Assembly (NCBI GenBank): GCA_963714015.1
Contig: OY970223.1
Coordinates: 2,176,001 to 2,240,000, forward strand
Origin: Vulcanimicrobiota bacterium
Lineage (GTDB): Bacteria; Vulcanimicrobiota; Vulcanimicrobiia; Vulcanimicrobiales; Vulcanimicrobiaceae
Length of the DNA stretch: 64,000 nt
Direction: 5' to 3'
Below are positions 41,029 through 50,753 of this stretch, in pieces. Numbering within the stretch: position 1 is the first letter of the stretch; the number at the start of each line of letters is the position of its first letter. The notes below the pieces were generated by a model. That model was not told the origin of the DNA. It was given only the letters and a program-made list of their open reading frames with translations, and ran no database searches. Position numbers and translations under genes: made by a program.

Positions 41029-42265
41029 GTGAACCTCAATCAGCGAGGGCGCTTGAGCCTCGCCGCGGACCAGCCTGTGATGATGCGCCGCCGGAACATC
41101 AGCGCCATCATGCGGACGGTCCTGGCCAACGGGCCGCTCTCGCGTTCGGAGATTGCCGAGCGAACCGGCCTTAGCCCCGGCGGCGTCACGAAACTTACGG
41201 CAACACTGCTGTCCGCAGGATTGCTCCGGGAAGTCCAAGGCCAGTTCGGCCCCGCCTCCGTGTTGGGACGTCCGCGCGTACCCGTGGAGATCGACGATCG
41301 TTTGCATGTCGTCGTGGGCTTGCACATCGGCACGCAGTGGACCACGGTCGGTATCGTCGATTTGGCCGGACGCCTCATCCATCAAGAACTCTTTGCGCGC
41401 GACGATAGAGACCCGGCGGTGGTCTTGCGGGAAGCAAAACGCTACTCGGAGACGCTGCTCGGCAAACACGCGCCCGCGAGCAACGTGATCGGGGTCGGCG
41501 TGGCGATCGGCGGCTGGATCGACACGGAACTAGGCGCCGTCGTCGAGCATGCGGCGCTGGGGTGGAAAAACGTTCCGCTGCTCGAGATGCTTCGCGGAAC
41601 ATTTGCATATCCGGTCCGGCTGGACAGTACCGTGCGGGCAATGGCGCTGGCCGAAGGCTGGTTCGGCACCGCAGTCGGCGCGCAGAACTGGGTGCAGACT
41701 CTTCGTCGCCAATGTCGTCGGAGCGGCGATCTCGGTCGAGCACTCGATTCAGCGCGGTCCGCAATCTGCCGCAGGCGACCTGACGCACCTGCCGATTCGC
41801 GGCGCGCACGGGATCATGACGTGCACGTGCGGCCACCGCAACTGCTTTCAGGTCGTCGGCAGCGATCAGGCCGTGCTTACCGCTGCGCGCGACCGCAAGA
41901 TCGTGCCGAAGGCGCATGTCCTCAAAGACGTCATCGAAGCGGCACGCGGCGGAAATTCTGCGGCGCAGAAACTGCTGCGCGACCGCGCGCGCGTCGTCGG
42001 TCAGGCGGCGGCGCTGATCTTTGAATTGATCAATCCCGACGTGACGGTTCTCGCCGGCGGCATCATCCACGCGCCCGAGTATTTGGACGATCTTCGAACC
42101 GCGGTCGCACGGCACGTTCATCGGGATATCGATCTGGAGCAGCGTATTCTGCCGAGCATTTTGGGCGAAGACGCGTATCCCATCGCTCCGGCAGCACTGG
42201 TTTTATCGGAATACTATCGCGATCCGATGGCTTTCGAACCGCTGCTTTCGTTCGCCGCGGAATAG
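41029..42265 (+). CDS. ROK family transcriptional repressor (frameshift near 41698)
   Basis: N-terminal HTH (GPLSRSEIAERTGLS...GRP), GVGVAIGG, ALAEGWFG, CTCGHRNC zinc motif; frames join at AGACT 41696-41700. Confidence 0.9.
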
Positions 42266-42456
42266 TCATGACGACACTGACCGCGTAATAGGCGCGCCCG
42301 ATTGGCCGCTAGCGTTAGCTGCCTGAGCCGGCGTGTACTATTCATTAAATAAGCTCGATACTGCCAAACTTCCTTAACAAAAAGCGGCAAGCGGACGATA
42401 ATACACTCGTGCCAGCCGCGATCTTTGAGACCGGCCGATTTTACTACTGTGCCGGC

Positions 42457-43059
42457 ATGCGGATAGTTCATGGTAACGCGCCATACATAAGGCGCTGCTT
42501 TCGTATTGCCTGCGCCCACGTAGTCGCTGCATCGTTTATTGCTGCTTGCGGGCCGGTGCCCGCAAACCCGGGGACGGCTCCGTCTTCGCAGCCGACGGAT
42601 TCGCCTTCTGCTAATCCCACGCCGCCCGTGGGCTCTCCGGCTCCGACGCCGTCCTCAAGCCCACCGGTAGGTTCGACGCCAGCCCCGTCGCCCAGCGCAA
42701 CCCCGAGCTCATCGCCGTCTTGCACATCCGGGTGCATTCCCGTCATCATCCCGATCCCAACCCCTGCGCCGAATCCGACGTCTACCCCCGGATTCGGCCC
42801 GCTTTTCTTTCCGGACGGCGGTTCCGGAAATTGCGCCGCCGGTCTCCAAATCGACGCGCCTTCGGGCGTTGCCGACACCAGGGTGACGGAAAGCCGATAT
42901 TTCGGAGTCTTTTCCGTTGCAAATCCCAATCCGTCCGTGGCGAGCGCGGCGATCCAAAACAACGTGTTGACGATCGACGCACTTGCCTCGGGCTCGACCC
43001 GCCTAACGGTTTCCGATTCGTTTGGAAATTCAAACGCGTGTCAGGTCAACGTTCCATAA
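42457..43059 (+). CDS. Pro/Ser/Thr-rich lipoprotein with C-terminal Ig-like module
   Basis: Lipobox IAAC, PSPTP-rich linker, NPSVASA...LTIDAL.SGST.LTVSD; start uncertain. Confidence 0.65.
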   Translation: MRIVHGNAPYIRRCFRIACAHVVAASFIAACGPVPANPGTAPSSQPTDSPSANPTPPVGSPAPTPSSSPPVGSTPAPSPSATPSSSPSCTSGCIPVIIPIPTPAPNPTSTPGFGPLFFPDGGSGNCAAGLQIDAPSGVADTRVTESRYFGVFSVANPNPSVASAAIQNNVLTIDALASGSTRLTVSDSFGNSNACQVNVP

Positions 43060-43093
43060 CACCACGCTAATAATCGCCAGAAATGGAGTTCTC

Positions 43094-44531
43094 ATGTACA
43101 CGAACCTAGGAGGGTTTAGAGCGGCATTAGCAGCCGCAGCAGCGATCTCACTGACGCTAACGGGGTGCGCAGGATCGACGACAAAAGCGGTACCGGCGCT
43201 TCAGCATAACGCGAAAGTGCTGGTCCACATCATCATGGATAATGGCAGCAGTCCGGCCGGCCATCGCATCAAACAGAGCAGCAATCACAGCCGGCGGCCG
43301 ATGTTCGTCTCGCCGTCCACGAACGGTGCGCAAGTAACGGTCACCGATCATTCGACGCATGCAGCGATATGGAGCGGCGTTGCGGATCTTTCCTCCGGAT
43401 CGGGAAGCTGCGTGGCGGGCCCTCCTCGCACTTGTACGATTGCGATGAACTTGGACCAAGGCGGCAATTTCGACTTCCAACTGCAAACGTACGATGCGGC
43501 TCCGGTAAGCGGAGTCATTCCCGGAGGCGCTAATCGAGCTGGGCGTTTCGACCGTGACGCAAACGATCGTCCTCGATCAATTAAATAGCGTCACGTTCCT
43601 GCTATCCGGCATCGTCGTAGGGCCGCCAGGTGTTTCTTGCAGTCCTTCGTGCGGCGCGCTGACCTATGCTTCATTGCCCGCGGACGGGGCCACCCATTCT
43701 TTTGGCTTCACCTTCACGTTCTACGATGAAGATGGAAACCCGATTACCGGTTCGGCGCCGTTCAGTTCGCCGGTCGCGGTGTCGTTGGTGGAGTCCGGAG
43801 GATCGGGACATATGCAGCTGCTGCTTAACGGTACGCCGTCGGGCACAAGCGTTAATCTAACGTATCCGACGGACAATCTCGCCGTTAAGTACGATGGCGG
43901 CGGAGCTGCGGGCTACACTTCAACGATCACGATCGGCGGAGCGACGGTGCAGATTTCTCCAATGTTCATCGCACCGGCCGGGCTTACGATCAACACGAAT
44001 ACGAGCACCAATACGCCGGCGATCACGGAAAACGGTGCGCCTTCTGCGACGGCCTACTCGGCCAGTACCGCTTGCGCGCAAATCACCTCAACGAGCGTTA
44101 CCGGTACAGGCGCTTCAGCAACGCTGAACGTTTCGACGAGCGCGCCCCAGGGTGAGACTGAATCGTGCACCGTCCAAGTGACGGACGTGTACGGAACGAC
44201 GTACAACTACCCCGTGACCTTCGCCGTGTATGGGCCGATAACCGCAGGGTCGGTCACTTTCACCGGCGGCGGGCAGGGCAGCTGCTCGTCGAGCATTCAG
44301 TTCGGTGCGGCAAATCAAACCGCCGGGTTCACACTGAGCGATCCCGGCTTCCCGGGCACCTACACGGTGTCGAACCCAACGCCGGCGGTGGCGTCGGCTT
44401 CGGTTTCCGGAGCAAACGTCACCATCACCGCGTTGACCGCCGGAACGACTACCGTAACGTTCGGCGACGGGTCGGGCAATGTGTTGACTTGTCCGGTAGG
44501 CGTCACGATCACCGGCGGATCGGTGCAGTAG
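43094..44531 (+). CDS. Surface lipoprotein with Ig-like modules (frameshift near 43535)
   Basis: GGAG RBS, lipobox LTGC, Thr/Ser/Gly-rich beta-strand sequence; repaired junction GANELGVSTVTQTI. Confidence 0.72.
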
Positions 44532-44548
44532 GAATAGGAAAAGGAAGG

Positions 44549-46534
44549 ATGCGCATGTCCACCGTCGCGCGCCGCAGCGTTTCAGTATTAACGAGCATCG
44601 TAATGCTGTCGCTTACGGCGTGCGGCGCTGGACGCAGCGGAACTCCGCTCGCACCGCTTCCGTCTCCGCACGCATCGGGCAAAGGAAAGGCCCGAGTGGT
44701 CGTGCTGATCGCGAGCGAAGCCGATCGAGCCGCTGCACGCGCCGCCGAGCCGGCCAAAAGCCGGACGCGTATGTGGGTCTCACCTTCCAGCATGGGGCTT
44801 GAAGTGCAGGATGGTCCGCACGGGTCGCCTCCGACCGATACGGAGGTCTTCGACATATCCTCCGGGGGACCAAACTGCACGGCGACTTCTCCCCGGTCGT
44901 GCACGCTCTACATGAATCCACCCGTCGGCAACGATGACTTCACCATTACCACGTACGATCAAAAACCCGTCGGCGGCACGATACCTTCAACCGCAAAGGT
45001 TCTCGGGGAAACCGCTACCGTTGCGCAGACGATTACACTGGATACGCTCAACACGCTCAACTTCTACGTCGGCGCGGTGCTTGCGGGGGTGTCGTATAGC
45101 GGGGGCCTGAGTTACGAGTCGCTCCCTGCAAACGGATCTGCGCAAACGATGGCGATGGATCTCATTCCGGTTGACGCTGACGGGAACGTTACGCAAGGCG
45201 GCGCGAACGACCCTTACAGCAACCCGATTTCCGTGACGCTCGGTGAAACCGGCGGCTCGGGGCATGCCAGCCTTTGGCTCAACGGTTCGAACGTGGGCAC
45301 GGCGGCGACGATCGCCCACTCGTCGGACAGTTTGGTACTGCACTACGACGGCGGCGGCTTGCCGGGATACTATACGAGTACGTCCGTTTCAGCCTCGGGA
45401 GCAACCGGCTCCACGCTGCAGATGTCGCCCATGTACGTGACGGCGCCGTGCGGCCAGTACTGTTTGGGCAACTTGACGTACACTTCGGGGATTCAGAGCG
45501 TCGGATTTACGATCTCGGAGGCTGCTGCGCCGCCCTCAATTACGTATGCAGCCGACTTTAGCGGCTGCAACGTCACGACCTCGGGCATCTCCGGCAGCGG
45601 CGCTTCGGCGAGCGACACGATTGAGTCGGACGATCTTCAGACCGCCGCATCGAATTGCACCGGCACGTTTTCCGATTCAAGCGGGACGAGCATAAATATT
45701 CCGACCTCGATCCCGGCCGCCGTCCAGCATTGCTCGAGCGGGCCTGCCGGCGCGCAAATCGATGCGAATACGGTTTCCACGGGGAGCCGCTGCCCGTTAA
45801 CCGTCTCGACGTACCACACGTGGGAGTATTACCCGGCGGGGCCAGGCGGCGCCTATTCCACCAGCATGCCCTTTTCCGTCAGTGAAACGAACGATACGAC
45901 GCCTTTGAGCGTAAGCAATACGTGCAGCGGTGATGCGACCGTATCGCCTAGTTCCGTTCCGGGCGGCGCCTCTTTGGCGTCGACGGCTGCGGGCACCGTT
46001 ACGCCGACTGCAACCACTGCAAACGCCGTTTGCGGCATTACCGTAAGCGACGGCACGCAGACCCAAACGATCGACGTAAACACGTACGCGCCGAACGTGC
46101 TGACGAATTCGCTCGTCACCCAGCCGAATTGCGTCGCAGCCTTGTCTTCGTCAAACGGCTATCTCTACGACTGCACGTTCCATTTTATTACGCCATACGC
46201 GGTCAGCGCCTCGGATCCGGTCGGCATAGAGAGAATATCGAACAGCATCCCCGCGCCCATCGCCTACACGATCTTGGGCAACGAATACGTGGGTGACTGC
46301 TCGGATCCGACGCCCAAACCGCCGTCGTACTCCAATTGGACGAACGTCGCATTCCAGAGCGGCGCAGGCATAGCCGCAGGACAGACGTCCAATTCCAGCC
46401 TTCCGCTCACCGGAGAGATCACGTCACTGCCGGGAACGGCGGCGAACGGCCAAATATGCGGCTATTTTGAAATGTCGGTTCGCGGACCGGCCGCTACGAC
46501 GTTCACGCTGCAGTACGCTATCGACCAAACGTAA
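44549..46534 (+). CDS. Surface lipoprotein with Ig-like modules (paralogue of upstream gene)
   Basis: Lipobox LTAC; shares RM(F/W)VSPS, PR.CT, TYD and QTI.LD.LN with the 43094 protein. Confidence 0.78.
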   Translation: MRMSTVARRSVSVLTSIVMLSLTACGAGRSGTPLAPLPSPHASGKGKARVVVLIASEADRAAARAAEPAKSRTRMWVSPSSMGLEVQDGPHGSPPTDTEVFDISSGGPNCTATSPRSCTLYMNPPVGNDDFTITTYDQKPVGGTIPSTAKVLGETATVAQTITLDTLNTLNFYVGAVLAGVSYSGGLSYESLPANGSAQTMAMDLIPVDADGNVTQGGANDPYSNPISVTLGETGGSGHASLWLNGSNVGTAATIAHSSDSLVLHYDGGGLPGYYTSTSVSASGATGSTLQMSPMYVTAPCGQYCLGNLTYTSGIQSVGFTISEAAAPPSITYAADFSGCNVTTSGISGSGASASDTIESDDLQTAASNCTGTFSDSSGTSINIPTSIPAAVQHCSSGPAGAQIDANTVSTGSRCPLTVSTYHTWEYYPAGPGGAYSTSMPFSVSETNDTTPLSVSNTCSGDATVSPSSVPGGASLASTAAGTVTPTATTANAVCGITVSDGTQTQTIDVNTYAPNVLTNSLVTQPNCVAALSSSNGYLYDCTFHFITPYAVSASDPVGIERISNSIPAPIAYTILGNEYVGDCSDPTPKPPSYSNWTNVAFQSGAGIAAGQTSNSSLPLTGEITSLPGTAANGQICGYFEMSVRGPAATTFTLQYAIDQT

Positions 46535-46556
46535 GACTCCGGTTGCCGGGGGCAAA

Positions 46557-47735
46557 CTATACCGGCCGCGGCCGCGACCGTCCTACGGCAATTCGTTCGA
46601 GTTCCAGCCAGATCGCGAGCGAACGCAGATCTTCGTCCAATCGCGCGCGCACGGCTGCGTGTTTTACTCCCGGCTCGTAGTGAATCGCATGAACGCGCAG
46701 CGTCGCGGCGGCGCGGTCGGCTTTGAGATCGACGCGCGCGACGAGGTGCTCGTTCAAGAGATACGGCAGCACATAGTATCCGTGGACGCGCTTGTGCGGA
46801 GGCGTGTAGATCTCGATCCGGTAATGAAAGCCAAACAGGCGATGCGTACGGGCGCGATTCCAAACGAGGGAGTCGAACGGCGAGAGCAGCGCCGAGGTCT
46901 CGATGTTTCGCGGTACGCGCCGGCCGGTCTCGACGTACGCGGGTTGCTTCCAGCCCTCGACTGCGACCATTTGCAAAGCGCCGCTTTGAACCAACTCGTG
47001 AACTCGGCGCTTTCCGTCTGCGGCGTCGAGCCGAAAGAAGTCGCGCAGGTCGGCCTCGGTCGCTACACCCAGCGCCCGGGCCCCGATTAGAATCAAGCGC
47101 CGCTGCTGTTCGTCTTCCGGAAGCGCCGGTGCGCTGCGCAGTTCGGCGGGAATAACGCGATCGCTGAGATCGTAGACGCGTTCAAAGCTGGAACGACGCT
47201 CGACGACCGCGAGATCGCCGGCCCAAAAGAGAAACTCGACGGCGCGCTTGGTGTCGCTCCAGCCCCACCAGCTGCCGGTGCCTTTGCCCTCGCCGAACTC
47301 CGACGCGCTCATCGCGCCGTTTTTCCGGAACGTTTCAAGCACGCGCGCGACGAAGTCGCGCCGTTCGCGTCCGATCCGCGCGACGTGGTTCCATGTCCCG
47401 CGTCCGTCGCGCGCGCGTTCCATCCGCCAGCCGAACAGCGGATACGATTCGATCGGTAGGAGCGATGCTTCGTGACCCCAATATTCGAACAGGCGGCGCG
47501 GACGGCGATACGCCAGACGCTCGAGCAGACTACGATCGTAGGCACCAAGTCGCGAAAAGGCCGGCAAATAATGCGAGCGAACCAGCACGTTGACGGAGTC
47601 GATCTGCACCGTGCCCAGACTGCGGATCAGCGCGAGCAGCGCGCGAAGGCCGGCGCGCGGATACTCCCGGCCGAAACCTTGCGCGTCGAGAGCGATGCGC
47701 CGCGCTTGCGCGAGGGAAAGCGAATTGTCCCTCAC
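46557..47735 (-). CDS. ycaQ: YcaQ/AlkZ-family (HTH_42) crosslink-repair DNA glycosylase
   Basis: VQIDSVNVLVRSH, FEYWGHEAS, LLSPFDSLVW.R.R, YRIEIYTP..KR..GYYVLP, ARVDLK; start GTG 47735 overlaps the upstream stop. Confidence 0.9.
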   Translation of the reverse strand: MRDNSLSLAQARRIALDAQGFGREYPRAGLRALLALIRSLGTVQIDSVNVLVRSHYLPAFSRLGAYDRSLLERLAYRRPRRLFEYWGHEASLLPIESYPLFGWRMERARDGRGTWNHVARIGRERRDFVARVLETFRKNGAMSASEFGEGKGTGSWWGWSDTKRAVEFLFWAGDLAVVERRSSFERVYDLSDRVIPAELRSAPALPEDEQQRRLILIGARALGVATEADLRDFFRLDAADGKRRVHELVQSGALQMVAVEGWKQPAYVETGRRVPRNIETSALLSPFDSLVWNRARTHRLFGFHYRIEIYTPPHKRVHGYYVLPYLLNEHLVARVDLKADRAAATLRVHAIHYEPGVKHAAVRARLDEDLRSLAIWLELERIAVGRSRPRPV

Positions 47736-49252
47736 GCGCCGTACCAGCGTAAACGCGGCCAAATCGCCGGAAGCGGCGCGATCGGATCGCTGCACAGGTA
47801 AATCGGCGTGGGGCCTTCCACGATCCATTTGTACGGATTGCCGTACGTCGCAACGAGCTTCATTCGGCGATAAAGGCTGCGCACGACGTCCGCTTGCGTT
47901 GCACCGACGACGATGAGCGTGCTGCCGTCGTATCCGTCCGTTCCCCAGAGGTAATAGGTATTTTGCGCACTGATGACGCGCGGCAACCCATATCGCGAGC
48001 CATAGAATTCCAAGCCGCCGGCGTCGCCGTAGGTGTCGGCAAAGACGCCCGTTCGCGCACGCGTACGCGGCGGCAACGAATTGTAGACCGCGGCGACGTG
48101 CCGGGTCAGCTCGTCCCAACCGAATTCCTCGGCGAAGAGCGGCTGAATCAGCCGCGGCTCCGTGCCGTTCCGGCCGGTCAGATGCAGCGCGCGCGTATAC
48201 GCAATGAGCGAGTCGACCGGTAAGACCGGCAGCGAGATCGGCAGAAACACGACCGACGTCACGACCAAGACGGCGACGAGCAGGGCCCGCTTCGTGACGC
48301 TCTGCAGAACCGATTCGACCACGACGCTTCCCGCTGCAAGCAGCGCGGCGTAGACGCCGATGATGTAGTAACCTTTCGCTTCGAGCGCGATGGCCAACAG
48401 CAGCAGCACGCCGTACGTCACCGCCAGGAAACGCAGCGCCGCGAAGCGCCGGCAGAACGCCGGCGCGGCCAGCCCCAAAATCCAGATGAGCGCCGCAATC
48501 GGATTCGTGTAGACGAGCTGTTCGACGATGAATGCCAGCCCGTTTTGGCCGACGTTGCGGTATTCCAGTTCCAGGCCCGTTTGAAAAGCGTGGCGATGCG
48601 CGAAGTCGCCTTGAACGACTTGAACGAACGGCCACGCATGCGCCCATTGCCAGAGCAGATTCGGCGCCAGCAGCACGCCCGAGCATAGGATGGCCGCGGG
48701 GAACCACCAGGTTGCCAAGAGTTTTCGCTCGCGCGTCGCCATCAAGCCGGCCGCTATCGAAACGCCGAGCAGCAGCATTGAGTACTTTCCGTACATGCCG
48801 AACGCAAACGCAGCCCCCGCCGCAATCCAAAGCCGGCGATCGCCGGTGCGGGCCATGCGAATCACGATATAGATGAAGAGCGTCCAGGAGAACGGTTCGA
48901 ACGACGTCGTCGTCAGCGTGTTGCCCAGCAGAAGGTACGCGGGGAGCACGAATGCGGTCAGCGCTGCGAGCGATTGCGCGAAGCGTCCGCCGCCCAGGTC
49001 CGAAGCGATGCGCGCCGCCAGCCAAACGGTGACTGCCGCCGCAAGCGAGGGCAGCAGGCGCAGTACAATCAGATTGTAACCCAGCGGCCCCGATAGCCAT
49101 GCATCGAACGCCACGAGCGGCGGCTGATCCACATAGCCCCAAGACAGATGCTTCGCGCATGCGATGAAGTAGAGCTCGTCGCGAAAGTAGCCGTAGCGCC
49201 AATCCGTTGCAACGTGCGCAAGGAAGGCGGCGACGGCGATGACGAGCGGCAT
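47732..49252 (-). CDS. GT39/ArnT-like integral membrane glycosyltransferase
   Basis: YGYFRDELY...LSWGYVDQPP, GKYS, PNLLWQ, EEFGW, YGDAG. Confidence 0.85.
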   Translation of the reverse strand: MPLVIAVAAFLAHVATDWRYGYFRDELYFIACAKHLSWGYVDQPPLVAFDAWLSGPLGYNLIVLRLLPSLAAAVTVWLAARIASDLGGGRFAQSLAALTAFVLPAYLLLGNTLTTTSFEPFSWTLFIYIVIRMARTGDRRLWIAAGAAFAFGMYGKYSMLLLGVSIAAGLMATRERKLLATWWFPAAILCSGVLLAPNLLWQWAHAWPFVQVVQGDFAHRHAFQTGLELEYRNVGQNGLAFIVEQLVYTNPIAALIWILGLAAPAFCRRFAALRFLAVTYGVLLLLAIALEAKGYYIIGVYAALLAAGSVVVESVLQSVTKRALLVAVLVVTSVVFLPISLPVLPVDSLIAYTRALHLTGRNGTEPRLIQPLFAEEFGWDELTRHVAAVYNSLPPRTRARTGVFADTYGDAGGLEFYGSRYGLPRVISAQNTYYLWGTDGYDGSTLIVVGATQADVVRSLYRRMKLVATYGNPYKWIVEGPTPIYLCSDPIAPLPAIWPRLRWYGA

Positions 49253-49253
49253 C

Positions 49254-50261
49254 CTATCCGCTTTGCGTCCGAGGCGCCGCAAGGAGCGTCAGCCCGAATC
49301 CGATGACCCCGGACCAGAGCGTCGCGCCGAGTACGACGTTCCAGTCCCACCACAGGCGGTCCGCGATCGCCGTAACGAGAAAGTAGGCAACAAAATACGC
49401 CATCGGCACGGCGATCCCCAGGATGCGGTACGGCGAACCGGGCTCGGGAGAAGGATGCAGCGTCGCGACGATAACATCGCCTACGATTCCGGCGGCAAGA
49501 CTCATCACCAGCACCGTAATCAGCAGCGGCGTGTCGTTCGTAAATGCCGCGGCTGCGGCAAAATTGCCGAGCAGATACGTGAGCGTAAGCGCACCCGGAC
49601 GCAGATTGAAGCGCGTTCCGGCAAAAAGTGCGAAGCCGGCCATAATAGCGCTTTGAAACAGCACGACCAGAACGCCGGTTCCGATCTTGTAGTACCCGAT
49701 TGCGACCGCGGTGAGGTAGTCGGGCGAAAAGCCGGCGATTGAGGGCGGCGCGTTCGTGCGCCCGGCGCCCGGGTCGAATGCATAGGCGGTTCCGAAGTGA
49801 ATTAGCTCGATCCAGGTCGCCAGCGCAAAGATCAGCGGAAGTTGATCCGCAAGGGTGCGCAACTGCGCGCGATTGCGCAGCGCCGATGCAATCGGCCCGC
49901 TCGCGATGAAGAAGATCCCCAGTCCAAGTCCTTGGTGCGTCGGACTGAGCAGCGCATCGACGCCTTCTTCGACGCCCAGCAGCCGGTGCCAGAGCATGTC
50001 GCCGATACCCGAAAGGATAAAGATCGGAATGCCCAGCAGCGGCAGGCGGTACGCGGAGGGAATGCGCTTGCGGAAAGCGACGAGCACGGCCACCAAAGCC
50101 AGCATACCGCTGTAAAATAGTGCGTGATACGGCGTGAAAAACGATTCGATCGGTACGTGGCCGTGTGCCCAGGCGTCCAAGAAGAATCCGCACGAGATCC
50201 AGAGCGTGCACGCGCCGACGAGCAGGTCGAGTGCAGCGTTGCGGTTTGGCCGGGCACGCAT
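49254..50261 (-). CDS. Polytopic membrane protein with PmoC/AmoC-like D-x3-H...H motifs
   Basis: About 9 TM segments; DAWAH-x12-H (FFTPYH) and DMLWH-x16-H (LLSPTH). Confidence 0.72.
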   Translation of the reverse strand: MRARPNRNAALDLLVGACTLWISCGFFLDAWAHGHVPIESFFTPYHALFYSGMLALVAVLVAFRKRIPSAYRLPLLGIPIFILSGIGDMLWHRLLGVEEGVDALLSPTHQGLGLGIFFIASGPIASALRNRAQLRTLADQLPLIFALATWIELIHFGTAYAFDPGAGRTNAPPSIAGFSPDYLTAVAIGYYKIGTGVLVVLFQSAIMAGFALFAGTRFNLRPGALTLTYLLGNFAAAAAFTNDTPLLITVLVMSLAAGIVGDVIVATLHPSPEPGSPYRILGIAVPMAYFVAYFLVTAIADRLWWDWNVVLGATLWSGVIGFGLTLLAAPRTQSG

Positions 50262-50321
50262 GGGCCTAGCGTACGAGCCCCGGCAGGAAATATCCGCTGC
50301 ACCGGGTGTAGAAAGCTCGCG

Positions 50322-50735
50322 ATGCAAACTCGGGCCTATGCGCTCGCCGCACTCCTGCTTGCGGCATGTGCTTCGCACGTAACCGCCGTTCCGGCGAATG
50401 CGACCTTCGGTGAAAAACCGTCGCTTCCGGCGCCGGAAAGGGATACGCCGAAAGCGACGCCGCGTATCCAGGCGATCTGGCTTTCCGGCAACGACGTGCG
50501 GCGAGGAGCGGATTGGTCCGGAGAGATCGTAACCTCGACCAACGTCGCAAGCGTGGAGGTGCGGACGAACCTGTTTTCGATCGACGTTCCGCGGCGCGCG
50601 TTCGGACGCTTCGCGTTTCGGCTCCACGTATTCGACGTTCCCCCGATCTTCGTGCGGGCGTACGATCTGCGCGTGATCGCGCGGAACGCGGCGGGCGCGC
50701 AGGCTGAAGAAGACTTGCCTTTCCGGATTCGCTGA
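50322..50735 (+). CDS. Small hypothetical lipoprotein
   Basis: MQTRAYALAALLLAAC lipobox; beta-rich C-terminal domain. Confidence 0.7.
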   Translation: MQTRAYALAALLLAACASHVTAVPANATFGEKPSLPAPERDTPKATPRIQAIWLSGNDVRRGADWSGEIVTSTNVASVEVRTNLFSIDVPRRAFGRFAFRLHVFDVPPIFVRAYDLRVIARNAAGAQAEEDLPFRIR

Positions 50736-50753
50736 TTTGGAGATGAAGACGTA

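Noticed and set aside
42364..42382. Possible third ROK operator CCAAACTTCCTTAACAAAA
   Set aside because: Only 13-14 of 19 positions match and the AGGA arm is missing; could be chance in AT-rich DNA, though worth including in a motif scan.
42560..42790. Repeat-like low-complexity DNA
   Set aside because: Encodes a Pro/Ser/Thr linker; no regular nucleotide repeat or CRISPR repeat-spacer structure.
10833..47735. tag, xth and ycaQ as a DNA-repair or self-resistance cluster
   Set aside because: They are about 18 kb apart in unrelated operons, with no genotoxin biosynthetic genes visible.
46557..49202. 881-aa ORF suggesting a large YcaQ fusion
   Set aside because: The N-terminal portion is an off-frame reading of the GT39 gene; the real YcaQ starts at GTG 47735.
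49254..50261. Methane or ammonia monooxygenase operon
   Set aside because: Only a motif-level resemblance to PmoC; no PmoA or PmoB in the window.
32811..50753. Mobile genomic island interrupting the abm genes
   Set aside because: No integrase, transposase, tRNA or flanking direct repeat found; reported only as a gene-order observation.
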